Program-made: the position numbers and the translations under genes | Notes under the pieces: model-generated | Told to the model about the DNA's origin: nothing | What the model saw: only the letters and a program-made list of their open reading frames with translations | Databases searched by the model: none | Origin: Pseudomonadota bacterium | Lineage (GTDB): Bacteria; Pseudomonadota; Alphaproteobacteria; Sphingomonadales; Sphingomonadaceae | NCBI GenBank assembly: GCA_023433445.1 | Contig: JAEZCS010000058.1 | Coordinates: forward strand, 885 to 64,884 | Length of the DNA: 64,000 nt | Reading direction: 5' to 3' | Shown: positions 18,002-28,118 of the stretch, in pieces | Layout: every line of letters starts with the position of its first letter | How positions within the stretch are numbered: position 1 is the first letter of the stretch

Positions 18002-19165
18002 ATGAACGTTAATCCCTCGTTCCCTGTAGAGGCCGAGATGCCGGCCCGTCGATCCGCGGTTGTGGAGTGGGTGAAGAAACGGCGTTGGTTCGCCCTCTTC
18101 GTTATCGTACCTACCTTGCTGGCAGCGCTGTATTATGGCCTATTCGCCTCGGATATCTATATCTCCGAGTCACGCTTCGTCATCAAGAGCCCCGACCAAA
18201 AGCGATCCCAGATGTCAACGTTGGCCAATCTGGTCCAGACTACAGGGCTGTCGGGAGGCCAGGAACAAGCGAACGAAGTCCTTACCTTTGTCCGCTCTCG
18301 CGACGCTCTCAGAGCATTGGAAAAGAGTGCAGATGTCCGAGGAAAATTCAGCGCTTCCGAAGCAGATATCTTTTCCCGGTTCCCCAAGCCGTTTTCAGAT
18401 GACAGCTTTGAGAGCTTGTTCAAATATTATGGCGATATGGTTGACGCCCGCCTTGATAACGAGAGCGGAACGGCGATGATAAAGGTCCGGGCCTTCGCGC
18501 CACAGGATGCCTATATCATCAATCAACAACTGCTCGACCTCAGCGAAGGACTCGTCAACCGACTCAACGCCCGTGCGCAGACAAGGGCAATCACCGAAGC
18601 ACAGAAGCAGGTCGAACTCGCCACCGCTAGGACCAAAGCCGCTCGTGTGGCGCTTACCCAATATCGCAATGCGCAGGCGCTGATTGACCCGAGCAAGCAG
18701 GCAGTTGGCGTTCTAGATATCGCCAACAAAATGACCGCAGAGCGCGCGACGCTCCAAGCCCAGCTAGACCTGATGCAACGCGTCGCTCCCGCCAATCCTT
18801 CAATTCCCGCCCTGCGCAACCGGATTAATGCCATCTCTGCCCAGATCGCATCACAGGACAGCCGAGTAGTCGGAAATGGAAGCGGCATTGCCTCTAAAAT
18901 GGGCGGATACGAAAATCTTCTGGTGGAGCAGGAATTCGCGACCGAAAGCCTGAATGCCGCCAATGCCGCTCTGGTTCAAGCCCGCGCAGAAGCTCAGCGC
19001 CAGCAGTTCTATCTCGAGCGCGTTGTCGATCCAAATATTCCTGACATGCCGTTGCTGCCAGAACGCCTGCTTAAAGTCATCATTATTGCAGCAACAGCCA
19101 TTTGCTTATATTTTATTGCTTGGATGTTTGTTGTCGGCGTCCTTGAACACGCTTCGGAAGACTGA
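18002..19165 (+). CDS. kpsE: capsule export inner-membrane/periplasmic adaptor (KpsE/CtrB-like, PCP-3)
   Basis: An N-terminal TM (WFALFVIVPTLLAALYYGLFA) is followed by SESRFVIKSP, a long coiled-coil and a C-terminal TM. It sits immediately upstream of the KpsM/KpsT-like genes. Confidence 0.75.
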   Translation: MNVNPSFPVEAEMPARRSAVVEWVKKRRWFALFVIVPTLLAALYYGLFASDIYISESRFVIKSPDQKRSQMSTLANLVQTTGLSGGQEQANEVLTFVRSRDALRALEKSADVRGKFSASEADIFSRFPKPFSDDSFESLFKYYGDMVDARLDNESGTAMIKVRAFAPQDAYIINQQLLDLSEGLVNRLNARAQTRAITEAQKQVELATARTKAARVALTQYRNAQALIDPSKQAVGVLDIANKMTAERATLQAQLDLMQRVAPANPSIPALRNRINAISAQIASQDSRVVGNGSGIASKMGGYENLLVEQEFATESLNAANAALVQARAEAQRQQFYLERVVDPNIPDMPLLPERLLKVIIIAATAICLYFIAWMFVVGVLEHASED

Positions 19166-19167
19166 CA

Positions 19168-19965
19168 ATGTCCCATGCCATCTTACGCAAATTTAGCGAG
19201 GGTTGGGCAGTTCAGACCCGCGTGCTTTACGCCCTGATGATACGTGAACTCACGACACGATTTGGCCGGGAAAATATCGGATTTTTATGGATTATGGCAG
19301 AGCCGCTTCTGTTTGCTGGCCTTGTCGGTATTACTTGGCGGCTGTCAAAAGGGCCAGAGGTACACGGACTTAGTGTATTTGCCTTCATAGCTACCGGATA
19401 CATACCTATTACATTGTTCCGACATGGTGTAGCACGCAGCGTCGCCGTCTTCACTGTTAACAGCAGTTTGCTTTATCATCGCCAAATTAAGGTCGTAGAT
19501 TTCATAGTAGTACGTTTTATTATTGAAATACTTGGCGGTATGATGGCATTTTTCTTCATGGCCGTTGTCTTAGGGGTGTTCGGAGAATTCCCGATGCCTG
19601 CTGACATGGGGCTTCTCCTAGGAGGCTGGGCGCTCTATTCTCTTTTCTGCTTTTCCTTGTGCCTCGTTCTTGCACCATTATCCGAAATGTCGGATGTTCT
19701 AGAAAAGTTCGTACCCGTTACTGTCTATATTATGATTCCTGTTTCGGGGTTATTTTTCATGATTTCGTGGATGGCTCCCAATATTCGACCATATCTTCTC
19801 TTGTCCCCATTTTTAAATGGAATGGAAATGATGCGAAAGGGCATTTGGGGGGATACAGTCACGGCCTATTATAACATTTGGAATCCTTTAGTCTGCTCAA
19901 TGATACTTACTTTGGTTGGCCTTGCTCTCTGCCGCCGCGTGCGCCGGACGTTGACTGTCGAATGA
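19168..19965 (+). CDS. kpsM: ABC-2 type polysaccharide export permease (KpsM-like)
   Basis: 265 aa with ..LYALMIRELTTRFGRENIGFLWIMAEPLLF.. and six hydrophobic segments. It is coupled by an ATGA overlap to the ATPase gene. Confidence 0.85.
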   Translation: MSHAILRKFSEGWAVQTRVLYALMIRELTTRFGRENIGFLWIMAEPLLFAGLVGITWRLSKGPEVHGLSVFAFIATGYIPITLFRHGVARSVAVFTVNSSLLYHRQIKVVDFIVVRFIIEILGGMMAFFFMAVVLGVFGEFPMPADMGLLLGGWALYSLFCFSLCLVLAPLSEMSDVLEKFVPVTVYIMIPVSGLFFMISWMAPNIRPYLLLSPFLNGMEMMRKGIWGDTVTAYYNIWNPLVCSMILTLVGLALCRRVRRTLTVE

Positions 19966-20609
19966 TCATCTGCCGCGATATTTGCAAAAAGTATAAACAT
20001 GGCTCGCGTACCAAGCAGGTTCTGAGCGGAGTGAATCTTATTGTGGAACGAGGTGAACGCGTCGCTCTTCTAGGCCGAAATGGAGCAGGAAAAAGTACCC
20101 TCATCAAGCTGATCGGCGGCGTTGAAATGCCCACATCAGGCAAAATTACACGCAAGATGTCCGTCTCTTGGCCTCTAGGTTTCTCAGGAGGTTTTCAAGG
20201 CAGCCTGACAGGCTACGATAACGCTCGCTTTATTGCACGCATTTACCGACGTGACTATTCAGATATCCGCGCCTTTGTTGAAGATTTTACTGAGCTCGGC
20301 CAGCAGCTAAAAATGCCAGTAAAAACTTACTCATCTGGCATGCGTGCGCGCCTTGCTTTTGCCCTATCATTGTCAATTGAATTCGATTGCTATCTAATTG
20401 ACGAGATCATTTTAGTGGGAGACCAGAATTTTAATCGAAAATGTCACCACGAACTATTTGAAAAGCGAAGTGATCGTGCTTTGATAATAGCATCTCATAG
20501 TACAGATCTGGTACGGGACATTTGCAGTCGAGCAGTCCTTATCCATAAAGGACAGGCAGTTCCTTATGATGACGTCAATCTCGCAGTCGATCTTTATTCA
20601 CAGCTCTGA
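19962..20609 (+). CDS. kpsT: polysaccharide export ABC transporter ATP-binding protein (KpsT-like)
   Basis: GRNGAGKSTL (Walker A), YSSGMRARLAFA (signature) and CYLIDEI (Walker B) are present. The start is set at the ATG at 19962, which overlaps the kpsM stop; the track ORF starts at 19878. Confidence 0.9.
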   Translation: MIICRDICKKYKHGSRTKQVLSGVNLIVERGERVALLGRNGAGKSTLIKLIGGVEMPTSGKITRKMSVSWPLGFSGGFQGSLTGYDNARFIARIYRRDYSDIRAFVEDFTELGQQLKMPVKTYSSGMRARLAFALSLSIEFDCYLIDEIILVGDQNFNRKCHHELFEKRSDRALIIASHSTDLVRDICSRAVLIHKGQAVPYDDVNLAVDLYSQL

Positions 20610-20634
20610 TAGCCATCCCAGATCTGATGACGCT

Positions 20635-21573
20635 TTAGGAAGTTTTTGTCATCCAATAATCGACTGCCATGTCCCAGAAATGGCCTTCAGACCATGTTTG
20701 TGTCGCCAGCATTTGCGGTTCATTGTTAACCCGCACAAGGGGTTCGGAAAAGGCGGTCTGTCGCTCTAGTTCAACCTCAACTGATCTACCGAAACGACGG
20801 CCAAATTCCACCGCGACGCGGTTTGCGAAAGCACCTTGGGTCTCGACATAGCCTGACGGACTGGCCCTGCGAACGACTTGACCAATGACGCCTTGCTCGC
20901 AGAAATTTTGGTAATTTAGGGCAAGCAAATCCACAGGGATATTATCCCTTACATAGTCTGGCGTCCGACATCCAGGAACGCGTCCTTCCTTCCACTCTTT
21001 CACCAAATAGCTGGTGAACCGTGGCTCCTCAAAAGCACCGAAGGGGTTGGGAATGACGAACTTATCAATATGGACCCCGGCTAGCTCTGCCTCCATTCGA
21101 TAGACTTCGAAGGAAAGATGCTTTGACAGACCATAGGGGTTGAAGGCGCGGCTCCCCGCATCCCCTTCCCCTTCATACGGTTCGAAAACGCTGCCCGTCA
21201 TAATGAGCCTACGGCATCCACGATCCGACAGAGAACGCAGGATCGCCCGCGCGCTTCGCGTATTTTTAGAGGTCGCCTCCAGCGGATCAAAATTCCAACT
21301 GCGATAATCTGACATCTCTGCCGCATGATGACAGTAAAGGTCAAAATCGCAGCTAGCTACAAGATCAAGAAATTTCTGATCCCCCACTTCCAGTGACCAG
21401 ACTGCATCCACGTCATTCCCAAGACCGTCGACGCGCATTCTCCGCACGCCCTCGTAACTAGCTCGTTCGCCGCGGAAACAAGCCGTAACCTGATGCCCTG
21501 CTTCTACCAGTTTCCGAACAAACCAATAGCCAGTGAAAGAGCTGGCGCCCGTAAATAGGACACGCATGATCAA
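20635..21573 (-). CDS. NAD-dependent epimerase/dehydratase (SDR) family protein, likely NDP-4-keto-sugar reductase
   Basis: MRVLFTGASSFTGYWFVRKL is a Rossmann N-terminus and YGLSKHL is the YxxxK motif. There is a 4-nt overlap with the upstream RmlC-like gene. Confidence 0.7.
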   Translation of the reverse strand: MIMRVLFTGASSFTGYWFVRKLVEAGHQVTACFRGERASYEGVRRMRVDGLGNDVDAVWSLEVGDQKFLDLVASCDFDLYCHHAAEMSDYRSWNFDPLEATSKNTRSARAILRSLSDRGCRRLIMTGSVFEPYEGEGDAGSRAFNPYGLSKHLSFEVYRMEAELAGVHIDKFVIPNPFGAFEEPRFTSYLVKEWKEGRVPGCRTPDYVRDNIPVDLLALNYQNFCEQGVIGQVVRRASPSGYVETQGAFANRVAVEFGRRFGRSVEVELERQTAFSEPLVRVNNEPQMLATQTWSEGHFWDMAVDYWMTKTS

Positions 21574-22121
21574 TATCCCGAAAGATGGCGAAGACGGTCG
21601 AAATCAGGAGCGCTCGCATCCTTGTCCGACAGCACCGCAGGATTGCGCGGCCAGACGATGCCTAAGACCGGGTCATTCCAACGTAGCCCCCGCTCATGAT
21701 CCCCCGCATAAGGGGCAGACACTGGATACATGACCTCAGTCTGATCTTCGAGCGTCATGAAGCCGTGCGCGCACCCTTTAGGCACATAGAGCATCGACCG
21801 ATTTTGCGCCGTTAGTTCTATGCCAAACCATTGCATGAAGCTTGCGGACGTTTCCCGCATGTCGACGATGACGTCGAAAATCGCACCCTTTAAACACTTC
21901 ACCAATTTCGCTTCGCCCTTAGGAGCAGCCTGATAATGGAGGCCTCGAAGCGTTCCCGCGTGCTCACTCAAAGATGTATTGATCTGAGGGAAGACATGGT
22001 CCAGTCCTTGGCTGGCAAATTCTTCGCTGTCAAAAAGGCGAGCGAAGAACCCTCGCTCATCACCGCGTGGTTCAAGATCAACAACATAAGAGCCAATAAT
22101 CGGGGTCTTCGTATAACGCAT
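21570..22121 (-). CDS. second dTDP-4-dehydrorhamnose 3,5-epimerase-family (RmlC-like cupin) protein
   Basis: ..GDERGFFARLFD..SLSEHAGTLRGLHYQ..EAKLVKCLKGAIFDVIVDMR..PKGCAHGF.. resembles RmlC but is clearly diverged from the rmlC at 16080-16643. Confidence 0.8.
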   Translation of the reverse strand: MRYTKTPIIGSYVVDLEPRGDERGFFARLFDSEEFASQGLDHVFPQINTSLSEHAGTLRGLHYQAAPKGEAKLVKCLKGAIFDVIVDMRETSASFMQWFGIELTAQNRSMLYVPKGCAHGFMTLEDQTEVMYPVSAPYAGDHERGLRWNDPVLGIVWPRNPAVLSDKDASAPDFDRLRHLSGY

Positions 22122-22144
22122 GGCTATCCCTGTATTCTGTCGGT

Positions 22145-23491
22145 TTAGGCAACATTTCTCCGGCCGATGGAGAGATATTGCGCATTTACTAGGCCGTTTG
22201 GATCGAGTGTACGCCGCGCATCGAAAACCGCTTTCCCACTCAAATCCTGTTTAGTCAGCGCACCATATTCCGGCCATTTGGTCGCAATGATGACCACAGC
22301 GCTGTCCGCCAACTCCGCATGCCAGTCTTCCACGAACCCTATCTCTTCCGCTCGAGCCCCGAAGGCTTGGCGAAAATGTGGCGTTGCGATCGGATCATGT
22401 GCAATTACCTTGGCTCCTTCATCAAGGAGTGCGGCAGCAATCTTCAGCGAAGCGGATTCGCGAACATCATCTGTTTCTGGCTTGAAAGCGAGGCCTAGCA
22501 GCAGCACGCGGAGTCCTTGAAGAGACCCGCGTTCGCGTCGCAGAATATCGATGACCTGGAATGGCTGCCGCTCATTCACATCCAGCACAGCGTTCAGCAG
22601 GTTCATCGACAACCCCTGCTGCTCTCCTTGGGAACGAAGCGCCTGAACATCTTTGGGGAAGCACGATCCGCCGAACCCACAGCCCGGTACTAAATAGGTG
22701 AGGATCTGAGGATTGGCGCGACCTTCGGATACTAGCGGGTTCCACCGCTTATCGAGATGGACGCCGCGCATAACGTCAAGCACGTCAATCCCGCCCAGCG
22801 CCGCTGCCAAATTGGCGATCTCATTGACCGCCGATATCTGCGTCGCCAGAAGCGCATTATTGGCATATTTTATGAGTTCAGCGGTACGGGTGTTAACCCG
22901 GACCTTGTCAACATCCCAGGAAGCGTAAATTTCCTCCAGCACTGCCAACGTGCGGGCATCTTCATGGCCCAGCACGATACGGTCAGGATAGGCGAAATCC
23001 TCAATAGCCTCTCCCTCACGCAGGAATTCTGGATTCATGCCGAGGCCGAACTGACCAATTGTTTTGCCGGATGCCTGCTCAAGTTCTTCACGTACAACCG
23101 TGTCGGTCGTGCCCGGAATGACCGTGCTCTTGACGATAACCGAAAGGAAACGATCGTGCGCTCCGATCCACTGACCAATCTCACGCGACACAGCGCGGAT
23201 ATATTTAAGATCGATAACACCATTTTCTGAAGGCGTGCCGACAGCAATGATAACGGCGTCTGCATCCTCGAGGGCCTCCGCCAGATCTGTCGTTGCTCGA
23301 AAGCGCTCAGCCGCGCGCACCTCCCCAAGCAAGTCGGGAAGCCCCCGTTCATAGATAGTGGGTTCCCCGGCATTCAACCGCCGCACGATATCTGGATTGA
23401 GGTCTACACAAACGACCTCGTGCCCGCGCGAGGCAAGGCACACCCCCGAAACCAACCCAACATAGCCGGTGCCTGCTACCGCGATCTTCAT
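22145..23491 (-). CDS. ugd: nucleotide-sugar 6-dehydrogenase (UDP-glucose dehydrogenase family)
   Basis: MKIAVAGTGYVGLVSGVCLASRGHEVVCVD..; ..GFGGSCFPKD (catalytic Cys); a length of 448 aa is typical. Confidence 0.9.
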   Translation of the reverse strand: MKIAVAGTGYVGLVSGVCLASRGHEVVCVDLNPDIVRRLNAGEPTIYERGLPDLLGEVRAAERFRATTDLAEALEDADAVIIAVGTPSENGVIDLKYIRAVSREIGQWIGAHDRFLSVIVKSTVIPGTTDTVVREELEQASGKTIGQFGLGMNPEFLREGEAIEDFAYPDRIVLGHEDARTLAVLEEIYASWDVDKVRVNTRTAELIKYANNALLATQISAVNEIANLAAALGGIDVLDVMRGVHLDKRWNPLVSEGRANPQILTYLVPGCGFGGSCFPKDVQALRSQGEQQGLSMNLLNAVLDVNERQPFQVIDILRRERGSLQGLRVLLLGLAFKPETDDVRESASLKIAAALLDEGAKVIAHDPIATPHFRQAFGARAEEIGFVEDWHAELADSAVVIIATKWPEYGALTKQDLSGKAVFDARRTLDPNGLVNAQYLSIGRRNVA

Positions 23492-24576
23492 TGTGCAGCC
23501 TCGTTCTTAAGGAAAGTCAGATAACGGCGCACGCCTTCTTCGACTAGAACTTGGGGCGCATAGCCCAACACATCTCGCGCCTTGGCTATGATCGGGCAGC
23601 GCCGATTAGGATTGTCTGTCAGATAAGCGGGATCGTCACTCTGCTGATAGTGAACTTCGCCCTTGTAACCATAAATCTCTGCGGCAGATTCCTTGTAGAT
23701 CCGGGCGAGGTCGCGCACCATGATCTCCGGCTTTTCCACGCCGATATTGAAATAATCATATTTGCCATGAAGCAGGCAGAGCAAGTACCCGGTGATTGCG
23801 TCCGAAACATAGCAGAAGGTCCGCGTCGGTGTGCCGTCCGACAGGATAACAAGATCGCGACCTTCGATCACCGCCTTGGCAAAATCAGCAGGCAAACGCT
23901 TATCGCCTAGCCGCATGCCAGGGCCGTAATTGTTGAACGGCCGCGCGATCGTGATCGGCATTCCATATTGCTGAGCGTAAACCCAAGACATGGTTTCGCC
24001 AAACCGCTTGGATTCATCATAACAAGCGCGTGGGCCATGGCAGGAGACATTGCCCCGATACTCCTCGTCCGTCGGGATCGAAGCTGGATCGGGATCGCCG
24101 TAAATCTCACTCGAGGAGAAGAAGAGCAGACCCTTGAGACTATCCTTACCCCGATACATGTCGAGAATCCGGCGCAGGCCCCAGATATTGGCATCAATCG
24201 TTTCTACTGGATATTGGCGGTAGAAAGTTGGTGAGGCGATAGAGGCACCATGAACCACATAGCCTGCATCCTGCACACCAGGAATCGCAGAAAATTCATC
24301 CTTCGAGATATCGAAAGTTCTAACGTCGATCAATTCCCCGCAGGACTGGGCTAGGCGCTTGAGCCATTCCGGCTCCTCGAGGAGGAATGTATCAAGTGCA
24401 ATAATCTTCTTGATGCCTAACTCATCGGCGTAGTGAGCAAAATATTGTGTCAGGTAAAAGCCAAGAAACCCGGCACAGCCCGTGATTACGATCGTCTGTC
24501 CGGCAAAAGCCTCGCGCTTACCGGCTAATCCTGCATGAATGCGCGCAAGATCTTCCTCAACAATGATATTCGTCAT
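23488..24576 (-). CDS. UDP-glucuronate decarboxylase-like SDR (UXS/ArnA-C-like)
   Basis: IVITGCAGFLGFYL..SSSEIYGDP..EEYRGNVSCHGPRACYDESKRFGETM..RPFNNYGPGM..GTPTRTFCYVSD parallels the UXS signature ([39 protein letters not shown].D). Confidence 0.75.
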   Translation of the reverse strand: MTNIIVEEDLARIHAGLAGKREAFAGQTIVITGCAGFLGFYLTQYFAHYADELGIKKIIALDTFLLEEPEWLKRLAQSCGELIDVRTFDISKDEFSAIPGVQDAGYVVHGASIASPTFYRQYPVETIDANIWGLRRILDMYRGKDSLKGLLFFSSSEIYGDPDPASIPTDEEYRGNVSCHGPRACYDESKRFGETMSWVYAQQYGMPITIARPFNNYGPGMRLGDKRLPADFAKAVIEGRDLVILSDGTPTRTFCYVSDAITGYLLCLLHGKYDYFNIGVEKPEIMVRDLARIYKESAAEIYGYKGEVHYQQSDDPAYLTDNPNRRCPIIAKARDVLGYAPQVLVEEGVRRYLTFLKNEAAQ

Positions 24577-24578
24577 TT

Positions 24579-25400
24579 TTAGCGCCCTTCCGCTGCATTC
24601 TGGTTGTCACGCACCGCCCATGGCGCCTTACCCTGGTTCCACATTCCGTCCAGTTGTTCCTTGTCGCGCTGAGTATCCATGCACTGCCAGAAGCCCGAAT
24701 GGCGATAAATCTGGAGCTGGCCGTCCGCAGCCAGCTTAGTCAACGGCTGCTGCTCCAGAACTAGGGCAACATCCTCGCTAACATAGTTCGCAAAATCGCG
24801 ACGGAAGAAGAAATAACCTCCATTGATCCACGAATGAGCCAATTCTGGCTTTTCGCTGAAGCTGTTGATCTCGTCCCCATCAGTAATCAATTCACCGAAG
24901 CGAGATGGGGGGTTGATCCCCAGGAGAGTGCCGGTCTTTCCATGGCCAAGGTGGAAATCATATTCCTTGCCAAGGTCTGCGTCGGTGACGCCATCGCCGT
25001 AGGTGACTGCGAAATGCTCAGCATCCCCCAGATAACGCCTGACAGCGCGGCCAATACGGCCGCCAGTCATCGTTTCCTCTCCAGTATAAGCGACCGTCAC
25101 TTCCCAATCATCATCATGATGAAGCCCGTGATACTTTACTGCTTCGCCGGTCAAGGAGACCGTAAAGTCTGAATTACGTGCGTGGTAATTCAGGAAATAA
25201 TCCTTGATTACTTCAGATTTGAAGCCGGAACAGATAACAAAACGACGAAATCCATGGCTCGCATAAGTACGCATGATATGCCACAATATGGGCTTACCGC
25301 CGACTTCCACCATAGGCTTCGGCCGAAATTCAGTATGCTCCTTAAGCCGCGTCCCTAGTCCGCCTGCCAGAATGAATACTGGCACGTCTTTCTTCATCAT
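24579..25400 (-). CDS. rfbF: glucose-1-phosphate cytidylyltransferase
   Basis: MMKKDVPVFILAGGLGTRLKEHTEFRPKPMVEVGGKPILWHIMRTYASHGFRRFVICSGFK is the RfbF N-terminus. The start is set at the ATG at 25400; the track ORF uses the GTG at 25439. Confidence 0.85.
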   Translation of the reverse strand: MMKKDVPVFILAGGLGTRLKEHTEFRPKPMVEVGGKPILWHIMRTYASHGFRRFVICSGFKSEVIKDYFLNYHARNSDFTVSLTGEAVKYHGLHHDDDWEVTVAYTGEETMTGGRIGRAVRRYLGDAEHFAVTYGDGVTDADLGKEYDFHLGHGKTGTLLGINPPSRFGELITDGDEINSFSEKPELAHSWINGGYFFFRRDFANYVSEDVALVLEQQPLTKLAADGQLQIYRHSGFWQCMDTQRDKEQLDGMWNQGKAPWAVRDNQNAAEGR

Positions 25401-25454
25401 CCCTTTACCTCTGATTTTTACAAATACCTGATCACGCACGAATTCTTATCAAGA

Positions 25455-28118
25455 CTATACTTTTGCTGTTCCAAAAATATGGCCTGCCTTTATTCTTTTC
25501 ATATGTCCAGATATCAATTCGGCGTCATAACTAGTGCTTTTTTTGACTACGGCCAAGATATCAGCTATATCTATGCCAAGAGGATTGTCACGCAACAATT
25601 CTACCTTAATTGCCGGACAATCAAATTCTTCTATGGCCAATTTCCAGGCATTATGCATGACATTGGCATCCCGCCCCAAGCTATGACCGTCCTTGCGGAC
25701 AGCGGCTATGATCCGATCCGCCTCCATCCACGATCCGGTCTTGTAGCCTGCTTGGCGGATCATACCAGGGTACCGCATTTCGAAATTCCGGATCTGCTCC
25801 CACTTGGAATAACCAGGTGAAAAATCCCGCAGATATCGATCAAAGAAATTGCTGGAAACCAAAGATCGGTCAAACGCCCAGAACCAGCTCATAACATGAT
25901 GATTTTCGAGATGGGAATCCACTAGTCCCCAGAAATCGAAACCCTTCATCCTTTCAAAGATAGGTTTCGGGTCTATCAGAGGGAAATAGATGGAATCATT
26001 CACCCATATGACCGTTGCATAATTTGCGAACATTGGTCGGCAATGCTCAATTGCCAACGCCCACGAGCCAAAGTCTCTGGCTACGTCGGTCTTTACAAGC
26101 ACGCGGGTCGCATGACGCCTTGCCTCTGCCCAACAGCGTTCGTCTTTTGAACCAGTTACGAACAATATATCGCAATCCGCGGAGCGGAGTTGCTCCATCA
26201 TATAGATCACATGAGGGTCAAGAACGCCCTGCGGATCATAATGCGCGAGGATAATCAGGTGGCGCCCTGCGGTTGGAACCCCTTTAAGATCATGAATTAG
26301 ACGTAATTCAGTATATGGCTCCGAAGCGGCATGCTGGCGCGATAAAGGAGCGGCACTTAATCCCTTCTGGCGGGCAGCATGGGCGGTAACGACTGGCTTC
26401 ATCCTGCGATCAAGCAGATCCGAGTAACGATCAACATTCGCTGCTTGCTTGGGATTGTCGCGCACAAGCTCCAGCTTCAATGCAGGGCAATGGTACCGTT
26501 CAATAATCAAATCCCAAAGATCATGCGTCGGATTAACTTTGTCTATACAATTGGCCAAATGTCTCCAATGAAGTAGATCCGATTTGTTGAGCAAATCTTC
26601 TCTAAGATCTGCTATAGAGCACCAAGCTCCTAGGGAAAGATTGCACCTTCTGGCGTCTGCTGTTAGCCCTAGCTCATACTCTGCAATCTGACCCCATTTT
26701 TTCAAGTAAATATTGCGCTCATAAGTTGATATAAAATTCCTAAGTACAGTTTTCTGCGCACTTTTACCAAATACTAAAAACCAGCTTTGAAGATGGTATT
26801 GTCCTAATTCATGCGTGTCCGTGATGCCCCACATATCAAAACTGCCGCGCATTTGCGCAAACATAGGTGCAGGATCGTTGACAGGAAAATATACACTGTC
26901 ATTAACAAACATGACTTCTTCATAGTTTTCGAAGAAGTCCACACGTAATTCTTTGAGCGCAATGTACCACGATCCGAAATCGCGACCCGCTTCATTTTTG
27001 AACAAGATGTAACGGCAGATTTCAGATAGTTTGATTCTGTCACTGGGACGACAGCCTGACGTAATGAAAACAATATCTACATCGCATTTCCGAAGCGCTT
27101 CCAGATATAAATACACATAATCGTCTACTACCCCGTCCGCATCATAATGCGCAAACAGGGCAATGCTACGACCCGATCCAGGGGCATTGCCCTTCTCCAT
27201 GCCGGTAAGCTTTACCATGCGTTTCGCCGCAAAAGGCACGCGCAGACCGCTCAGACACTGCGCCATGCCCTCACGAAAGAAGTGCAACAAGCCATCTTGA
27301 TAGCGCCCTTCCGCTATGAGACGCGCCACATCTGGATTGTCTGCCAGATAGACGCTTTCTTCATAGTCGATCAGCTTGCCATTGAGCAAAAATGGCAATC
27401 GCCGATGCGCCCAATTCCTGAGTTCCTGATAGCCTTGTGCACAAAAATGCTCGTATCCCGAGCGATAGCCGCCTTCATGCAAGGCTTTCTCCATCTCGAG
27501 ATTGCCCCGTATGTACTCTGCCTCAAACCATGCCGGATGTGGCCAGCAATTAAGATGCCGGCCAACCGCCATGAAATGCTCCAGAGGGGTCATCCAGGAA
27601 GGACACCCTTCCATGAAACGCGCCTGATACCAGGCTCCATCAAAGAAGGGATTGGGATCAACGCCCCTTGCGTGACCATGCTTAAGATAATGGGCGACGA
27701 TATTCTCGTTATCTTTTAGCCCTTGCTCCTGAGCATACCATGATTTGTGGAGGAAGAGATTGGGCATTCTTCCTTCGCCATAACCGTGGCGCGCGTAATG
27801 CTCTGCAGCCGCAAGCCTTGTTACTTGCCCTAAATCACGATTGGTCTTCAGATACCATGCTACGTCGACCAACGCAGCCAGCCTCATCACCATCGCCGGC
27901 TCTTGTTCGGGCCACATGGGGGCTAAGGTTCGGACTGGTTTACCTGCCGAAAAATTCTCGCCGGGCAAGCGGTTCAACTTGCGTCCGATTTCGATAAAAT
28001 GTTCTGCGGGATCGATATTCAGAAGGCCGACATCCGGATAGCGCTTCACATACCAGTCCGCATCGAACAGGCCGGACTTGTAGATCGCCTCAGCAGCTTG
28101 GGATAGTTGTTGCTTCAC
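25455..28118 (-). CDS. two-domain rhamnan-synthesis-F (RgpF)-like glycosyltransferase with N-terminal repeat region
   Basis: Two copies of the RgpF-like pattern are present: ..LFAHYDADGVVDDYVYLYLEAL..DIVFITS..NEAGRDFGSWYIAL..VNDSVYFP.. and ..ILAHYDPQGVLDPHVIYMMEQL..DILFVTGS..DVARDFGSWALAI..VNDSIYFP... The N-terminal ~300 aa carry about 5 short repeats of the type Y....NPDV......P..H....G..EGR. Confidence 0.7.
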   Translation of the reverse strand: MKQQLSQAAEAIYKSGLFDADWYVKRYPDVGLLNIDPAEHFIEIGRKLNRLPGENFSAGKPVRTLAPMWPEQEPAMVMRLAALVDVAWYLKTNRDLGQVTRLAAAEHYARHGYGEGRMPNLFLHKSWYAQEQGLKDNENIVAHYLKHGHARGVDPNPFFDGAWYQARFMEGCPSWMTPLEHFMAVGRHLNCWPHPAWFEAEYIRGNLEMEKALHEGGYRSGYEHFCAQGYQELRNWAHRRLPFLLNGKLIDYEESVYLADNPDVARLIAEGRYQDGLLHFFREGMAQCLSGLRVPFAAKRMVKLTGMEKGNAPGSGRSIALFAHYDADGVVDDYVYLYLEALRKCDVDIVFITSGCRPSDRIKLSEICRYILFKNEAGRDFGSWYIALKELRVDFFENYEEVMFVNDSVYFPVNDPAPMFAQMRGSFDMWGITDTHELGQYHLQSWFLVFGKSAQKTVLRNFISTYERNIYLKKWGQIAEYELGLTADARRCNLSLGAWCSIADLREDLLNKSDLLHWRHLANCIDKVNPTHDLWDLIIERYHCPALKLELVRDNPKQAANVDRYSDLLDRRMKPVVTAHAARQKGLSAAPLSRQHAASEPYTELRLIHDLKGVPTAGRHLIILAHYDPQGVLDPHVIYMMEQLRSADCDILFVTGSKDERCWAEARRHATRVLVKTDVARDFGSWALAIEHCRPMFANYATVIWVNDSIYFPLIDPKPIFERMKGFDFWGLVDSHLENHHVMSWFWAFDRSLVSSNFFDRYLRDFSPGYSKWEQIRNFEMRYPGMIRQAGYKTGSWMEADRIIAAVRKDGHSLGRDANVMHNAWKLAIEEFDCPAIKVELLRDNPLGIDIADILAVVKKSTSYDAELISGHMKRIKAGHIFGTAKV

